A DNA stretch of 64,000 nt, from NCBI GenBank assembly GCA_039028615.1, contig JBCCHT010000043.1, forward strand, positions 41,503 to 105,502, written 5' to 3'. The notes below the pieces were generated by a model. It saw nothing but the letters and a program-made list of their open reading frames with translations, did no database searches and had not been told where the DNA came from. This DNA comes from Myxococcota bacterium. GTDB lineage: Bacteria > Myxococcota_A > Polyangia > Nannocystales > Nannocystaceae. Every line of letters starts with the position of its first letter. The stretch's first letter is position 1. A program made the position numbers and the translations under genes. Positions 30,643-42,204 of this stretch are shown here, in pieces.

Positions 30643-31191
30643 CTACCCGAGCAGCCACTCGACCAAGTTGCCCCCGAACCAGGTCTCGAGCGCAACCCAA
30701 GGCACCAGGCCGATGATGCTCGCCAGCACGAAGGGCACGAAGCGAACCCGCGACACGCCGAACAGCAGCTGCATGGGGCCGAAGGTGAACAGCCCCAGGC
30801 GCATGAAGAGCACGGTGCGGAAGCCTCGCTTGGCCAGGCGCTCGTCGTAGCCCTCGAGCTTCGCGGGCAAGCGCTCTTGGACCCACTCGCGACCCACGTA
30901 GCGGGCGAAGGCGAACGCCACACACCCGGCTGCGACCGCGCCGATCCACGACAAAGAGAACGCGAACCAGGGGTTCCAGATGAGCGCGGCCGCGATGATG
31001 AACGCGTGCGAGGCGACCCCCAGCGGCTGCAGGGCGGCGAACGCGGCGACGAACAGGATGGGGCCCCACGCGCCGGACGAGCGCAGCTGCTCGCGGACCT
31101 CTTCCGGATCGAGATCCATCGAGAACACGGCGACGATCAGCGCCACGTAAACGAGGACCAGCAATAGCCGGGCACGGGGGGGCTTGCTCAC
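30643..31191 (-). CDS. TVP38/TMEM64 (DedA/VTT) membrane protein
   Basis: GAWGPILF, FAFARYVGR, LFMRL, FVLASIIGLVP. Start uncertain. Confidence 0.8.
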   Translation of the reverse strand: MSKPPRARLLLVLVYVALIVAVFSMDLDPEEVREQLRSSGAWGPILFVAAFAALQPLGVASHAFIIAAALIWNPWFAFSLSWIGAVAAGCVAFAFARYVGREWVQERLPAKLEGYDERLAKRGFRTVLFMRLGLFTFGPMQLLFGVSRVRFVPFVLASIIGLVPWVALETWFGGNLVEWLLG

Positions 31192-31401
31192 GGCGGGGGT
31201 CAACGTAGCAGCCCCGCCCAGGCAGTCCAGCGTCGCAATGGGACCGAGGGGGTGGACCCAGGAACAAAGGCTCGGCAGCCGCCGCCAAACCGCCTCCAGA
31301 TGCCACGGAGCGCCGTATTCGACCATTCACCCCGAACACTCCAGGCGAGCCCGACACCCCGCAGCCGGGGGCGCTACAGTGGCCGCGAACGGCCCCTGCC
31401 C

Positions 31402-32190
31402 ATGCCTCCCGCTCGCAGCTCCCGTGGCAAATCGTCCTCCGACGGCGTCCCCAAGTTCTCGGGAAGCCTCCCGCCCGACGCCCAGACCCGGGCGGACGAG
31501 ATCCATCGGCGCCTGCGGAAGGCCCAGCCCAAGCCCCAGGTCGAGCTCGATCACGAAGACGCTTGGCAGCTGCTCATCGCCACGATCCTGGCGGCGCGCT
31601 CCAACGACCGCATCATCAACTCGATCACGCCCGACCTCTTTGCCCGCTGGCCCACGCCGGCCGCCCTCGCCGCGGCGCCCCAAGACGAGGTCGAGGTGGT
31701 GGTGAAGCGCTCGGGCTTCTTCCGCAACAAGGCCAAGGCGATCCGCAAGACCGCCCAGGCCGTCGTCACCGAGTTCGACGGCGAGGTGCCCCAGACGATG
31801 GCCGAGCTGTGCACGCTGCCCGGCGTCGCCCGCAAGACGGCCAACGTCGTGCTCAGCTCCGTGCACGGCATGAACAGCGGCATCGTCGTCGACCTGCACG
31901 TCACGCGTCTGGTCGAGCGCTTCGGCTTCACCAACGACAAGGACGCCAAGCGCATCGAGGCCATGCTGTGCGTGCTCTTCCCGAAGCGCTCGTGGGCCGA
32001 CGTGGGGCACCGCCTCGTCCTGCACGGTCGTCACGTCTGCACCGCACGCAAGCCCAAGTGCCTCCACTGCCCCATCAACGAGGTCTGCCCCAGCGCCTCC
32101 GAGGAGCCGGCCGGAGGCTGGACCGCCCGGGCCCGCTGGGAACAGACGCTCACCGAGTCCCGCGGCACCGTCGATCCGCTGAAGGAATGA
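31402..32190 (+). CDS. nth: Endonuclease III (HhH-GPD, 4Fe-4S)
   Basis: LLIATILAA, GFFRNKAK, LPGVARKTANVV, VDLHV, C-x6-C-x2-C-x5-C. Confidence 0.93.
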   Translation: MPPARSSRGKSSSDGVPKFSGSLPPDAQTRADEIHRRLRKAQPKPQVELDHEDAWQLLIATILAARSNDRIINSITPDLFARWPTPAALAAAPQDEVEVVVKRSGFFRNKAKAIRKTAQAVVTEFDGEVPQTMAELCTLPGVARKTANVVLSSVHGMNSGIVVDLHVTRLVERFGFTNDKDAKRIEAMLCVLFPKRSWADVGHRLVLHGRHVCTARKPKCLHCPINEVCPSASEEPAGGWTARARWEQTLTESRGTVDPLKE

Positions 32191-33644
32191 GCCCGGCCAT
32201 GCCCATGCGGTGCGTCGCCCTCGGGCTGCTGTTGCTCTCCGCGCTCGCCTGCCCCATGTCGACCCCGCCTCACACGCCCCGGACCTTCCACGTCGCGCCC
32301 CACGGTGACGACGGTGGCCCCGGCTCCCGCCAAGAGCCCTGGGCCACGCTCCACCACGCCGCCTGGACCCTGCGGGCGGGGGACCGCGTGCTCGTGCACG
32401 GCGGCACCTATGCGATCGCCGACGAGATTCGCCCCCGCCACTCCGGCACCGAAGACGCCTGGATCGTCTACGCCGCCGCGCCCGGTGAAGAGGTGATCAT
32501 CGACGCCTCCGCCGTGCCCGTGCCCCTGCCGAAACGGCCACCCTTCGCCCACGATCGCGGTGCCTTTCAGATCGAGGGCGTCGCCTATCTCCGGGTGCAG
32601 GGTCTCACCATTCGCGACTCGCATCGGGCCGGCATCACCATTCGCGACAGCCACCACGTCGCGGTGCTCGACAACACCATCCAGTCGACCTTCACCTCGG
32701 GCATCGCCGCCTGGGATTCCCAGCACGACGGCACGGGCACCGATCACATCGAGATCCGGGGCAACACCGTCACCCACACCAACACCTGGGACATGCTCCC
32801 GCCGGGCTGGGTCCGCGGTCGCGAGCCTCCCCACGAGGCCATCAGCCTGGGCGGCGTGCAGCACTTCGAGGTCAGCCACAACCACGTCCACCACTGCGAC
32901 AAGGAAGGCATCGACATCAAGGAGAACAGCGGCCACGGCCGGGTGCACCACAACCACGTGCACCACGTCGCCCGCCAGGGCCTGTATGTCGATGGATGGT
33001 TCGACACCCTGCAGAACGTCGAGCTATTCGAAAACGTCGTGCACGACAACGGCGGCGCCGGGCTGGCAATCTCGGTGGAGAACGGCCCCGCCGTGCAGAA
33101 CGTGCGGGTGCACCACAACCTCATCTACGACAACCAAGGCTCGGGCGTGTACTTCTCGCGCTGGGGCGATGGGCCGCGGCGCGACATCGTCCTCGAGCAC
33201 AACACCCTCCACCACAACGGTCACGGCCCGACCAAGGAAGGCCAGGCGCACTTTTGGATGACCGGGGGGATCTACTTGTTGTCGGGCAACGTGAAGGGCA
33301 TCGAGATCCGCGACAACGTGCTCAGTGACAACCGGGCCTTTCAGATCGGCGTGAGCCACTACCTGCGGGAGGACGCCACGGACAACGCCGATGCGCTCGC
33401 CCGGCACGACATCGTCATCGAGCGCAACGTGATCGATGCGAAAGCTGATCTCGAGCCCCCGATCGCCGTCGCCAAGGGGCCGCCCGAACAAGCCCTGGTG
33501 TGGCCGACGCAAGGCGACGCGCCCATCGTGGGCACGCCCGACTTCGTCGACGCGCCGAACGGCGACTTCCGCCTGCGCCCCGGATCGCCGGGCACCGAAT
33601 CGAGCACGACCCCCGGCGCACGGCCGGTCGTCGAAGACCAATAG
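32187..33644 (+). CDS. Right-handed parallel beta-helix lipoprotein
   Basis: Real start at ATGA overlap 32187; lipobox ALAC; GDDGGPGS..PWAT, AGDRV..HGGTY; Asn-ladder repeats; DFRLRPGSP. Confidence 0.85.
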   Translation: MSPAMPMRCVALGLLLLSALACPMSTPPHTPRTFHVAPHGDDGGPGSRQEPWATLHHAAWTLRAGDRVLVHGGTYAIADEIRPRHSGTEDAWIVYAAAPGEEVIIDASAVPVPLPKRPPFAHDRGAFQIEGVAYLRVQGLTIRDSHRAGITIRDSHHVAVLDNTIQSTFTSGIAAWDSQHDGTGTDHIEIRGNTVTHTNTWDMLPPGWVRGREPPHEAISLGGVQHFEVSHNHVHHCDKEGIDIKENSGHGRVHHNHVHHVARQGLYVDGWFDTLQNVELFENVVHDNGGAGLAISVENGPAVQNVRVHHNLIYDNQGSGVYFSRWGDGPRRDIVLEHNTLHHNGHGPTKEGQAHFWMTGGIYLLSGNVKGIEIRDNVLSDNRAFQIGVSHYLREDATDNADALARHDIVIERNVIDAKADLEPPIAVAKGPPEQALVWPTQGDAPIVGTPDFVDAPNGDFRLRPGSPGTESSTTPGARPVVEDQ

Positions 33645-33649
33645 CGCCG

Positions 33650-34630
33650 TCAGGCGGGGGGAACGGTGGGATAGGGCTGCGTGGTCTCGCGCGGCGTGGG
33701 ACTCGGCGCGGGGTTTTCTTCGAGCAGGCGGTAGCGCAGGTGCACGCCCGCCACGACGACGGCCGGGCGCAGGGCGAGGTTGAGGCCGGGGATGGCGAGC
33801 ATGATGGCGATGCCCAGGCCGAACCCCAGGGAAATCCAGGGCTCGTCTTCGGTGAGGTCGACTTCGGCGCGCCACGGACGGGCGAGGCTGGTGACGACCT
33901 CGGAGAGCATGACCAACGGCCCGAGCAACTTCCATGGGCCCGAGCGCTGACCGACGTTGGCAGCCCAGCGGTGAAACCAGGGGATGCCCGGCCGCCCCTG
34001 ACCGAGGGCTTCGATCTCCTCGACGGTTTGCCCGGGCGGCAGCGTCCGCGAGTTGTCGTAGCCCTCGACGACGATCCAGTGCAGGGCCCAGGCGCCTTGG
34101 ATGCACAGCGCATAGAAGGCGCCGACCCAGGGCACGATGCCGAGCAGCACGGTCAACGGCAGCACACCGAGGGCGAGGATCAGCAGCTGCGCGAGCCACT
34201 CGCCGCCGAGCTGAACCCACCCGCGTACATATGGTTCGGCGGGACTGAGGCCGAGCACGGGGCGAGCCTTGGCGGCCAGGCTGGCGTAGACCCGGGCCAA
34301 GATGAGCGGAGGCACGGGCGCGAGCGCGGCGATGGTCACGAAGTAGCTCGCCACACCAGCCCAAAACCCGCGCTCTTGCCCCGCGAAGTAGGCCGCGACC
34401 AGAGCGATCGCCATGACGAGGAACATCGGCGCGAGCGCCATGCCGAGCAGCTCGGGGGAGCGCAGCAGGGTGCGCAAGCCCAAGAAGGGCTGGGCGAGAC
34501 CGTAGTGGATGAGGTTGACGCGGCTGCGATCGGCGGGAATCGGCGTGGGCTGCTCCGTATGCTCGCGCAACGTCTCCCATTGCCTGCGCGACGACGCGGG
34601 CGGATCGGACGGCGGCGGCACGGTGCTCAC
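33650..34630 (-). CDS. EI24/CysZ-like membrane protein
   Basis: GLAQPF.GLR.L...PEL, several TM segments, IPGLNL..RP..V..G. Confidence 0.65.
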   Translation of the reverse strand: MSTVPPPSDPPASSRRQWETLREHTEQPTPIPADRSRVNLIHYGLAQPFLGLRTLLRSPELLGMALAPMFLVMAIALVAAYFAGQERGFWAGVASYFVTIAALAPVPPLILARVYASLAAKARPVLGLSPAEPYVRGWVQLGGEWLAQLLILALGVLPLTVLLGIVPWVGAFYALCIQGAWALHWIVVEGYDNSRTLPPGQTVEEIEALGQGRPGIPWFHRWAANVGQRSGPWKLLGPLVMLSEVVTSLARPWRAEVDLTEDEPWISLGFGLGIAIMLAIPGLNLALRPAVVVAGVHLRYRLLEENPAPSPTPRETTQPYPTVPPA

Positions 34631-34743
34631 GATGCGCACCCTAACCACGGTCCGGCCGGAGATCATCCCGCGGGGATCACATCGCGGAGAGCGTCACGAC
34701 GGGGCCGTGGTACGCCCCGAAGGCCGCGGGCCGCCCGCGGGCC

Positions 34744-35622
34744 CTACTCACGTTGCCGATCGAGGACGGTGCGCGCCAGCACGATCGCCTCGGGACACAG
34801 CGCGAGCGTGGGGTTGGCGGCGATGATCCGCTCGATCAGCGGCCGGAAGGGCGGGGCCTTCTTCATATAGGCAGCGATCTGGGCGGCCCCGGTGGGCGCA
34901 TCCCCGAGCCGCTCGTGAGCGTTGGCTCGCAGCACGCTGGCCATGAGCGTATCGCCGCCCGAAAGCGGCACGTCGATGAGCTCCTCGCCGAGCGCATCGA
35001 GCACGCCCGGGTAATCAGCCCGCACGGTGTCGACATAGGCGCGCGTGAGGCGATGCGCACTGAAGGCGGGGAGCAGCGTGGACTGCGGGTCCATCTGCGA
35101 GAGCCAGTGCTCGGCCGCCGCCAGCTCGCCCGTCCGCGCGGCATTGCGGGCGAGCATGCCCAGCAAGACCTGGCGCCGAGACGAGGTCGCGAGGGTCTCG
35201 GTGGCGGTCTCGAGCAGGGCCCGCTGACGCCGAGCGTTCTCGGGGCCAGCGTAGGCGTTGTACAGCGCGACCGTGAGCCAGTGCACCGTGCCGTCCCGCG
35301 TGTCGGAGCCGGCCTGGGCTCGCGCGGACCGGAGCATGACCTCCGCCTGCTCGCGACGCTGCGCATCCATGGGCCCGGACAAGAACGGCTTCATGTCGTC
35401 GGGGATCGGCTCTTCGCGACCGACCTGGGCGCGCAGACGCTCGAGCCGCTCGGACTCGGGCACCATGGATTGCACTACGGCCGGAGCACCCGGGCGCGTG
35501 GAGTACACCGCCGCGACTCCACAGTAGCCACACTGCACCTTGCCTCCATCGAGCGCGACGTCGACGGGCGCCCCGCATCCGGGACACGCGAGGACTCGGA
35601 TGGAAGTGTCGTAGGTGCCCAT
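34744..35622 (-). CDS. Zinc-ribbon N-terminal helical-repeat protein
   Basis: CPGCG...CGYCG followed by an all-helical region. Confidence 0.7.
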   Translation of the reverse strand: MGTYDTSIRVLACPGCGAPVDVALDGGKVQCGYCGVAAVYSTRPGAPAVVQSMVPESERLERLRAQVGREEPIPDDMKPFLSGPMDAQRREQAEVMLRSARAQAGSDTRDGTVHWLTVALYNAYAGPENARRQRALLETATETLATSSRRQVLLGMLARNAARTGELAAAEHWLSQMDPQSTLLPAFSAHRLTRAYVDTVRADYPGVLDALGEELIDVPLSGGDTLMASVLRANAHERLGDAPTGAAQIAAYMKKAPPFRPLIERIIAANPTLALCPEAIVLARTVLDRQRE

Positions 35623-35798
35623 GGTCGAGACGATGGTATCGAAAACACGCGAACCGATGGGCAATCGTCGCCCCGGTTTAAGGCCACCTTAAGTCGCCGC
35701 CCTCGACCCTGCTGCCTACCTTGGAGCCTGTGCCCCCTCGGGTTGCCTCCCCCGGCCCGTGGGTCCTCCTGGCTCGGGGACGACGAAAGCATCGGAAC

Positions 35799-38255
35799 AT
35801 GAAAACGCCATACGGCAGCGCGCTTGTATTGATGGCATCCATATTGGCTATGGGTTGCCCTTCCGACGACGACCCCCCGGACGCGGGCGAAACCGAAGAT
35901 CCCACGGGTGGTCAGCAAGACACGGGAACGACGGCCGGGAACGACACCGAGGTCGTCGACGATTCGACCGGCGATACGACCGAGGGCGAAGACACCACGG
36001 GTGGCGAAGAGGCGGGGCTGCTGCCCGGACCCACCAAGGGCGGGCCGATCCTGGCCAATGCCGCGGGCGATACGCTCGCGGTGGCCAACAAGGCGACGGG
36101 CGACGTCACCCTGTTCTCGCTGCCCGATCTGACGGAACGAGCCCGCATCGGCGTGGGCGCAGAGCCCGTCTCGGTGAGCTGGTCCCCCGACGATTCCACG
36201 CTGTACGTGGTCAATCGAGCGGACGGCACGGTCAGCCAGATCCTCGATGCCAACACCGACAGCCCCTCGGAGGGCAGCACCGTGCCGGTCGGCTCCGAGC
36301 CGATCCAGGGCGCGCTGTCGCCCCGCGGCACGAACCTGTACGTGAGTTCGTGGGTCGACGGCACGCTCAACGTGATCGACACGGCCACCATGGAGGTCAC
36401 CGAGCAGATCAGCTTGGGCGGCGCTCCCTATGCGGTGTGCGTGACCAACGACGGTGACGAGGACGAGGACGACGAGTCCGTCTATGTCACCGACTTTTAC
36501 GGTCGAGCGCTGGCGGGCGCCCAAGAGGCCGAGGACACCACCCGCGAGGGCCGGGTGTTCCAGCTCCGCACCAACAGCCTCGAGTTCGACGAGCACACGC
36601 TCGCGCCCTTCGACGACTCGGGGATCCCCGGCTTCGAGGACACGGGCTTTTATCCCAACCAGCTGTACTCGTGCGTGGTCAATACCGACTACCTGTACGT
36701 GACGGCCATCGGGGCGAGCCCAGCCGCCTTCAACGGCACCACCGACTTCCACCAGAACGTACAGGGCATGGTGGGGGCACTGGCCCTGGACTCGGGCGAC
36801 GAGGCCCGCGAGCGCTCGGTGAACCTCAATACGCTGGTCGATGCCCTACCCGCGCCCAAGCGCTTCGTGGCCGTCCCGTCGGACATCGCCTTCGCGCCCA
36901 ACAGCGACTTCGGCTACATCGCCTCGACCGCGAGCAACTCGCTGTTCCGCGTCGACTGGACCCAGTCTCCGCCCGAGGGTGGCTCGCCGTCGGGCGCGAC
37001 CTTCCTGGGCACCGACTTCTCGCCCACCGGGGTCACCATCGTGGGGACCACGGCCTACGTCTACAACGAGGTCGGGCGCTCGATCTCCGAGATCGACCTG
37101 GCCAACCAGGAGACGCTGCAGGCCTCCATCGAGTCGGCGCCGCAACCCGACACCGCGGCCGAGATCAGCGAGCTTCGAGGGCAGCGCTTCTTCAACACCG
37201 GCCTGGCGCGCTGGTCGGCCAACGGCTGGGTCTCGTGCCTGGCCTGCCACCCGGCGGGGCTCACCGACAACGTCACCTGGCGCTTCCCCGCGGGGCCACG
37301 ACAGACGGTCGACCTGTCCGGCTCCTTCAACGAGGGCGGCGCGGTGCAGCGGATCTTCAACTGGACCGCGATCTTCGACGAGGTCCACGACTTCGAGCTC
37401 AACACGCGCGGGGTCGCGGGCGGCACGGGAGCCATCGTCAACGACGCGGGCCTCAACGACGACGGCTCGCCCAACGCCGCCGCCCGCATCGACTTCATCG
37501 GCGAGGGCGGCGTGCCCAACCCGGAGAACGGCTTCAACGTGGGCTCGACCCGCGCGGTGGCCTTGTCGGGGGCGACGCCCGAAGACTGGGACGACATCAT
37601 GAACTACGTCGCCACCCTGCGGGCGCCAAATGCCGCGACGGTGGCCGATGGTGATGCCACCGCCGGCCGGGCGGTGTTCGAGGAGGGCGGCTGTCACAAC
37701 TGCCACGCCGGCCCGCTGTGGACGCTCTCGGAGCGCTACTACACGCCCGCGCTCGACCAGGACGCCCGTCCGCTGACCTTGTTGTCGCAGGGTATCGACA
37801 GCATCGAGGTCCGGGCCGACCAAGTCGCCTCGACCAACCCCGAGGAGATGTTCGTGCTGCAGAACGACGCCAACGGGGCACCCCAGCGTCACTCGTGCGT
37901 GGTGCGAATCGTGGGCTCCTTCGGCGAGACGGGTCCCGAGGGCCGCGGCGCCACGGAGATTCGACAAAACGGTGGCCCCGCGCAGGGGGTCGACGGGTTC
38001 AACGTTCCTTCGTTGTTCGGGGTCTCGGTAGGCGGGCCCTTCTTGCACAACGGCGCGGCGGAAACCCTCGAGGAACTGCTCGATCCGTCGGGCAACTTCG
38101 TCGACCACCTGCGCGCGGGCAACCAGGTGTTCGCGCCCTCCGAAGACGAGTTGGCCGACCTCATCGCGTTCCTGCGCTCCATCGACGACTCGACCGAGGC
38201 CATCGACATACCCGCGGAGCAGAACTTCTGCCCCGACGGCCTGACCTTCGACTGA
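35799..38255 (+). CDS. Lipoprotein with YVTN beta-propeller and di-heme cytochrome c (peroxidase/MauG-like) domain
   Basis: Lipobox AMGC; LYVVN, LYVSS, AYVYN repeats; CLACH and CHNCH; GPRQT; NVPSL.G....PFLHNG. Confidence 0.85.
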   Translation: MKTPYGSALVLMASILAMGCPSDDDPPDAGETEDPTGGQQDTGTTAGNDTEVVDDSTGDTTEGEDTTGGEEAGLLPGPTKGGPILANAAGDTLAVANKATGDVTLFSLPDLTERARIGVGAEPVSVSWSPDDSTLYVVNRADGTVSQILDANTDSPSEGSTVPVGSEPIQGALSPRGTNLYVSSWVDGTLNVIDTATMEVTEQISLGGAPYAVCVTNDGDEDEDDESVYVTDFYGRALAGAQEAEDTTREGRVFQLRTNSLEFDEHTLAPFDDSGIPGFEDTGFYPNQLYSCVVNTDYLYVTAIGASPAAFNGTTDFHQNVQGMVGALALDSGDEARERSVNLNTLVDALPAPKRFVAVPSDIAFAPNSDFGYIASTASNSLFRVDWTQSPPEGGSPSGATFLGTDFSPTGVTIVGTTAYVYNEVGRSISEIDLANQETLQASIESAPQPDTAAEISELRGQRFFNTGLARWSANGWVSCLACHPAGLTDNVTWRFPAGPRQTVDLSGSFNEGGAVQRIFNWTAIFDEVHDFELNTRGVAGGTGAIVNDAGLNDDGSPNAAARIDFIGEGGVPNPENGFNVGSTRAVALSGATPEDWDDIMNYVATLRAPNAATVADGDATAGRAVFEEGGCHNCHAGPLWTLSERYYTPALDQDARPLTLLSQGIDSIEVRADQVASTNPEEMFVLQNDANGAPQRHSCVVRIVGSFGETGPEGRGATEIRQNGGPAQGVDGFNVPSLFGVSVGGPFLHNGAAETLEELLDPSGNFVDHLRAGNQVFAPSEDELADLIAFLRSIDDSTEAIDIPAEQNFCPDGLTFD

Positions 38256-38299
38256 AGCAAAACGACGAAGACGACGTTCTTCGCCCTACCCTGGCAACT

Positions 38300-38340
38300 C
38301 GACGGAGGCGTCCAACCGGCGCCTCCGTCGTCTTCTTTCG
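38300..38340 (+). terminator. Rho-independent terminator
   Basis: 11-bp stem CGACGGAGGCG/CGCCTCCGTCG, 9-nt loop, then TCTTCTTT. Confidence 0.65.
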
Positions 38341-38387
38341 AAATGGCATCGTCCCGAGCCCCGGGCCGCTGCGCTATCATGCTCCAT

Positions 38388-39221
38388 ATGCATAGATTGG
38401 CTTGGCTGTTCATGATGGTGGGTGCGCTGTCCTGCACGCGCGTCAACGGGGCCTACAACGGCGATCCCGATGCGAGCAGCACGTCGTCGATGGCGGGCAG
38501 CACGGGGCCCCGAACCCCGAACGCCTCTTCGGGGCCCGTGGGCAGCGGCGGCCAGACCTCGGGCGTCGACGGCACGGACACGAACCCACCTCCGGACACC
38601 ACCACCGGTCCGCCGCCGATGACCACCGGGCAGACCACGGACGCCGCGACCACGACCACGGGAATCGCGGAGACGGGCGGGGTCGGTACCGGTCCCGTCG
38701 GCGATCCTTCGCCCTGCTGTGTCACCTTCGGCGGCCAGGGCTGCACGGCCGACCCCGTGGTCGAAGCCTGTGTCTGCGCCATGGACCCGTTCTGCTGCAA
38801 GGGCACGTGGGACGGGCTGTGCGTCGAACACATCCAAAACGGCAAGTGTGGGCACTGCGAGGACATCGAACCCTGCTGCCTCCCACAAGAAACTCCCGGG
38901 TGCGGCATCGATGCGATCGATCAAGGCTGTGTCTGCAGCGCCCTCGAGTCCGCCGGATTCGAAGAGCCCGACTGTTGCGGCACGGCATGGACTCCCGCGT
39001 GCGCCGTCCTGGCGGGAGCCTTGTGCGACATCGATTGCCCGTCACCGCTGGGGAGCTGCTGCGAAGCAACCGGGCTGCTCGGCTGCGAAGATCCCGACGC
39101 GATGTTCTGCGTATGCGAAGCCAACCCTCAATGTTGCCTGGAGGGCTGGGGTGACGACTGCGTCGCTCTGGCGATCGAGTGCAACAACACGCTGTGCCCG
39201 GGCGTGGGCGGCGTGGAGTAG
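38388..39221 (+). CDS. Lipoprotein with three Cys-rich repeats
   Basis: Lipobox ALSC, Ser/Thr/Gly linker, 3 x CC...GC....CVC...P.CC...W...C. Confidence 0.8.
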   Translation: MHRLAWLFMMVGALSCTRVNGAYNGDPDASSTSSMAGSTGPRTPNASSGPVGSGGQTSGVDGTDTNPPPDTTTGPPPMTTGQTTDAATTTTGIAETGGVGTGPVGDPSPCCVTFGGQGCTADPVVEACVCAMDPFCCKGTWDGLCVEHIQNGKCGHCEDIEPCCLPQETPGCGIDAIDQGCVCSALESAGFEEPDCCGTAWTPACAVLAGALCDIDCPSPLGSCCEATGLLGCEDPDAMFCVCEANPQCCLEGWGDDCVALAIECNNTLCPGVGGVE

Positions 39222-39229
39222 CACCCGAA

Positions 39230-40282
<1,053 letters not shown>

Positions 40283-40426
40283 GGCTCGGCAGTGTACGCG
40301 CCCGGCCGCGGGCGGTGAAGGCTCCAAGAACGCGAAACGGGCGGGCGACTGTCCGTAGACACTCGCACCGCCCGTCCAGGCTCGCGGGGCGCTCTCGGGC
40401 GCCCGTTCCCTCGGTCGACCGCTGGC

Positions 40427-41992
40427 TCAGAACGCAGCTTGGAGCTGAAGCCGAATGCGATCGGTGCCCTCGGAGATGTCCTCATCCCAGAGGCGGAAGT
40501 AGTCGAGCTGAAGCTTGAGCGGGTGCCGACCGAAGTACCAGCTCACGCCACCGCCGACCTCGTCGCGATCGGTCAGGCTGCTGGTCGCCTCGTCGGAGCG
40601 ACGAATCTGGCTGTAGCGACCCGCGATCTGGAAGGGAATGCGCGGGATGAGGTAGCCGGCCTGCGCGTACCAGCCGAGACCGTTGCGCGGCAGCTCCTGC
40701 TCGGCCGCGACCTCGTTGCCCGCATCGTCGACCACGGTGAGATCGCCGAAGGTTCGTCGACCCTGTCGCCAGTACGCCTCACCCGACAGGGAGACGCCCG
40801 CGATCTTGAACATGAAGTCACCGGTCACGTTGTGGGTGTCGGTGGTGCCGCCATCGGTGGGCACGCTGCCGAGGATGCCCCGGTTGCGCTTGCCCGCATC
40901 GACGAAGGCATAGGCCGCGCCCAAGCTCAGGCGAGGCTTGGTGGTGCGCTCGAAGTCCGCTTCCTTGTAGTCGGTGAACATGCCGAAGGGCAGCACCTCG
41001 ACACGACCGATGTACATGAACTCGAAGGTGTCCATGTCCCGGTAGTCCCGGCCCTCGCCCATCCAGACACCGGCGTAGTAGCGGAGCTTGCCCCAGCCCA
41101 AGAAGTCCTTGGAGCGGATGTCGAAACCGATGTCACGGTCGACGTTGAACTCGCCCTGCGCGAGCGCCCGGTCGACCAGCTCGAGGTCGCCCGAGGAGAT
41201 CACACGCTGACGGCTGAAGGGGACCTTGTACTGACCGACGCGGAGCGTGAGGCTCTTGAGGTAGTCGAAGTCGAAGTACCAGTCGAGGATCGGCGTGCGG
41301 CGAGGCGTGCCGTTGAAGCTCTGGTCGCGCGGCGAGAACGCGAACTCGGTCTTGAACTTGTTGTGCTCGTTGAAGAAGTGGCCCTTGAACTGGAGACGAG
41401 CGCGGCGGAACTGCAGGCCCTGCGTCACCGGATCGGACTCGGCCGCGTTGTCGTTCTCCACCGTATAAAGGAGCTGCGCTCGCAGGCGCGGCGCCATGGA
41501 GAAGCGGCCGTCCTTGCTCTTGATGACCAGGCCGGTGCCCGGCTTGTAGGTCATGCGCTCATAGTCGACGGGGTGCTTGCACACCAGGTCGAGCTCGTTC
41601 TTCGGCAGCCACTTGGAGCCGCCCTCGCGGCAGTCCTTTTTCTTCTTCTCGGGCTCGGCGACGGGGGGCGCCTCGACGCCCACCTCAGCCTCCGCGCTCA
41701 GCTCGGCCGTCGCGGCGGCCTCGGTCGCGGGCTCCTCGGCAGCCTCGGTCGGCTCGGGCTCCGGCTCCGGCTCGGGAGCGGGCTCGGGGGCGGGCTCAGT
41801 CGTGCCGTCCACGGCACCTGCCTCGGGCGTCCCCTCACTGGGCTCGGACTGCGCACCATCCGCAGGGGCTGCAGGCTCGGCCGAGGCCTCCACGGCCGGC
41901 TGGTCTTCTGCGGCTTCCGGGGCTGCGTGGGCGACTGAAGACAGTCCCAGGCCGAGCAGCGAGGTCAGCACAAGAATCGTTTGCGAGGTCAT
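40427..41992 (-). CDS. Phosphate-selective porin (OprO/OprP-like) with acidic Pro/Ala-rich N-terminal extension
   Basis: Signal peptide, FRRARL, VGQYKVPFS, RDIG, terminal Phe. Divergent from pstS. Confidence 0.85.
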   Translation of the reverse strand: MTSQTILVLTSLLGLGLSSVAHAAPEAAEDQPAVEASAEPAAPADGAQSEPSEGTPEAGAVDGTTEPAPEPAPEPEPEPEPTEAAEEPATEAAATAELSAEAEVGVEAPPVAEPEKKKKDCREGGSKWLPKNELDLVCKHPVDYERMTYKPGTGLVIKSKDGRFSMAPRLRAQLLYTVENDNAAESDPVTQGLQFRRARLQFKGHFFNEHNKFKTEFAFSPRDQSFNGTPRRTPILDWYFDFDYLKSLTLRVGQYKVPFSRQRVISSGDLELVDRALAQGEFNVDRDIGFDIRSKDFLGWGKLRYYAGVWMGEGRDYRDMDTFEFMYIGRVEVLPFGMFTDYKEADFERTTKPRLSLGAAYAFVDAGKRNRGILGSVPTDGGTTDTHNVTGDFMFKIAGVSLSGEAYWRQGRRTFGDLTVVDDAGNEVAAEQELPRNGLGWYAQAGYLIPRIPFQIAGRYSQIRRSDEATSSLTDRDEVGGGVSWYFGRHPLKLQLDYFRLWDEDISEGTDRIRLQLQAAF

Positions 41993-42001
41993 GCTGCGCG
42001 G

Positions 42002-42077
42002 AACCTATCAGCGGGTCGTGACGCAGATGTGACATCCTGGGGCTCGCCGTGACGCCCAAGTGACGATGCTGTGACCG
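42002..42077 (-). promoter_or_regulatory. Pho-box array and -10 element for the porin gene
   Basis: Minus-strand GTCA cores at 42019, 42030, 42050, 42061, 42072 (spacings 11/20/11/11). ATGTCAC-ATCT-GCGTCAC lies exactly 10 bp before TAGGTT. Confidence 0.75.
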
Positions 42078-42204
42078 GTTGGTCTCCATCATGGAAAGCC
42101 TCAGAGATCGGCCTTTACAGAGAGTTGTGAGACACCCCGCGGATCCCTCCATTCGGGTTTTTCGCCCCGAATGAGGCGCGGGGAGTCTTCATAAGCTTTC
42201 GTCG

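Noticed and set aside
31563..32186. N-terminal part of the 693-aa ORF
   Set aside because: Off-frame overlap with nth; the true start is 32187.
41730..41800. GGCTC(G/C) short tandem repeats
   Set aside because: They encode the EPAPEPEP linker of the porin; degenerate and in frame.
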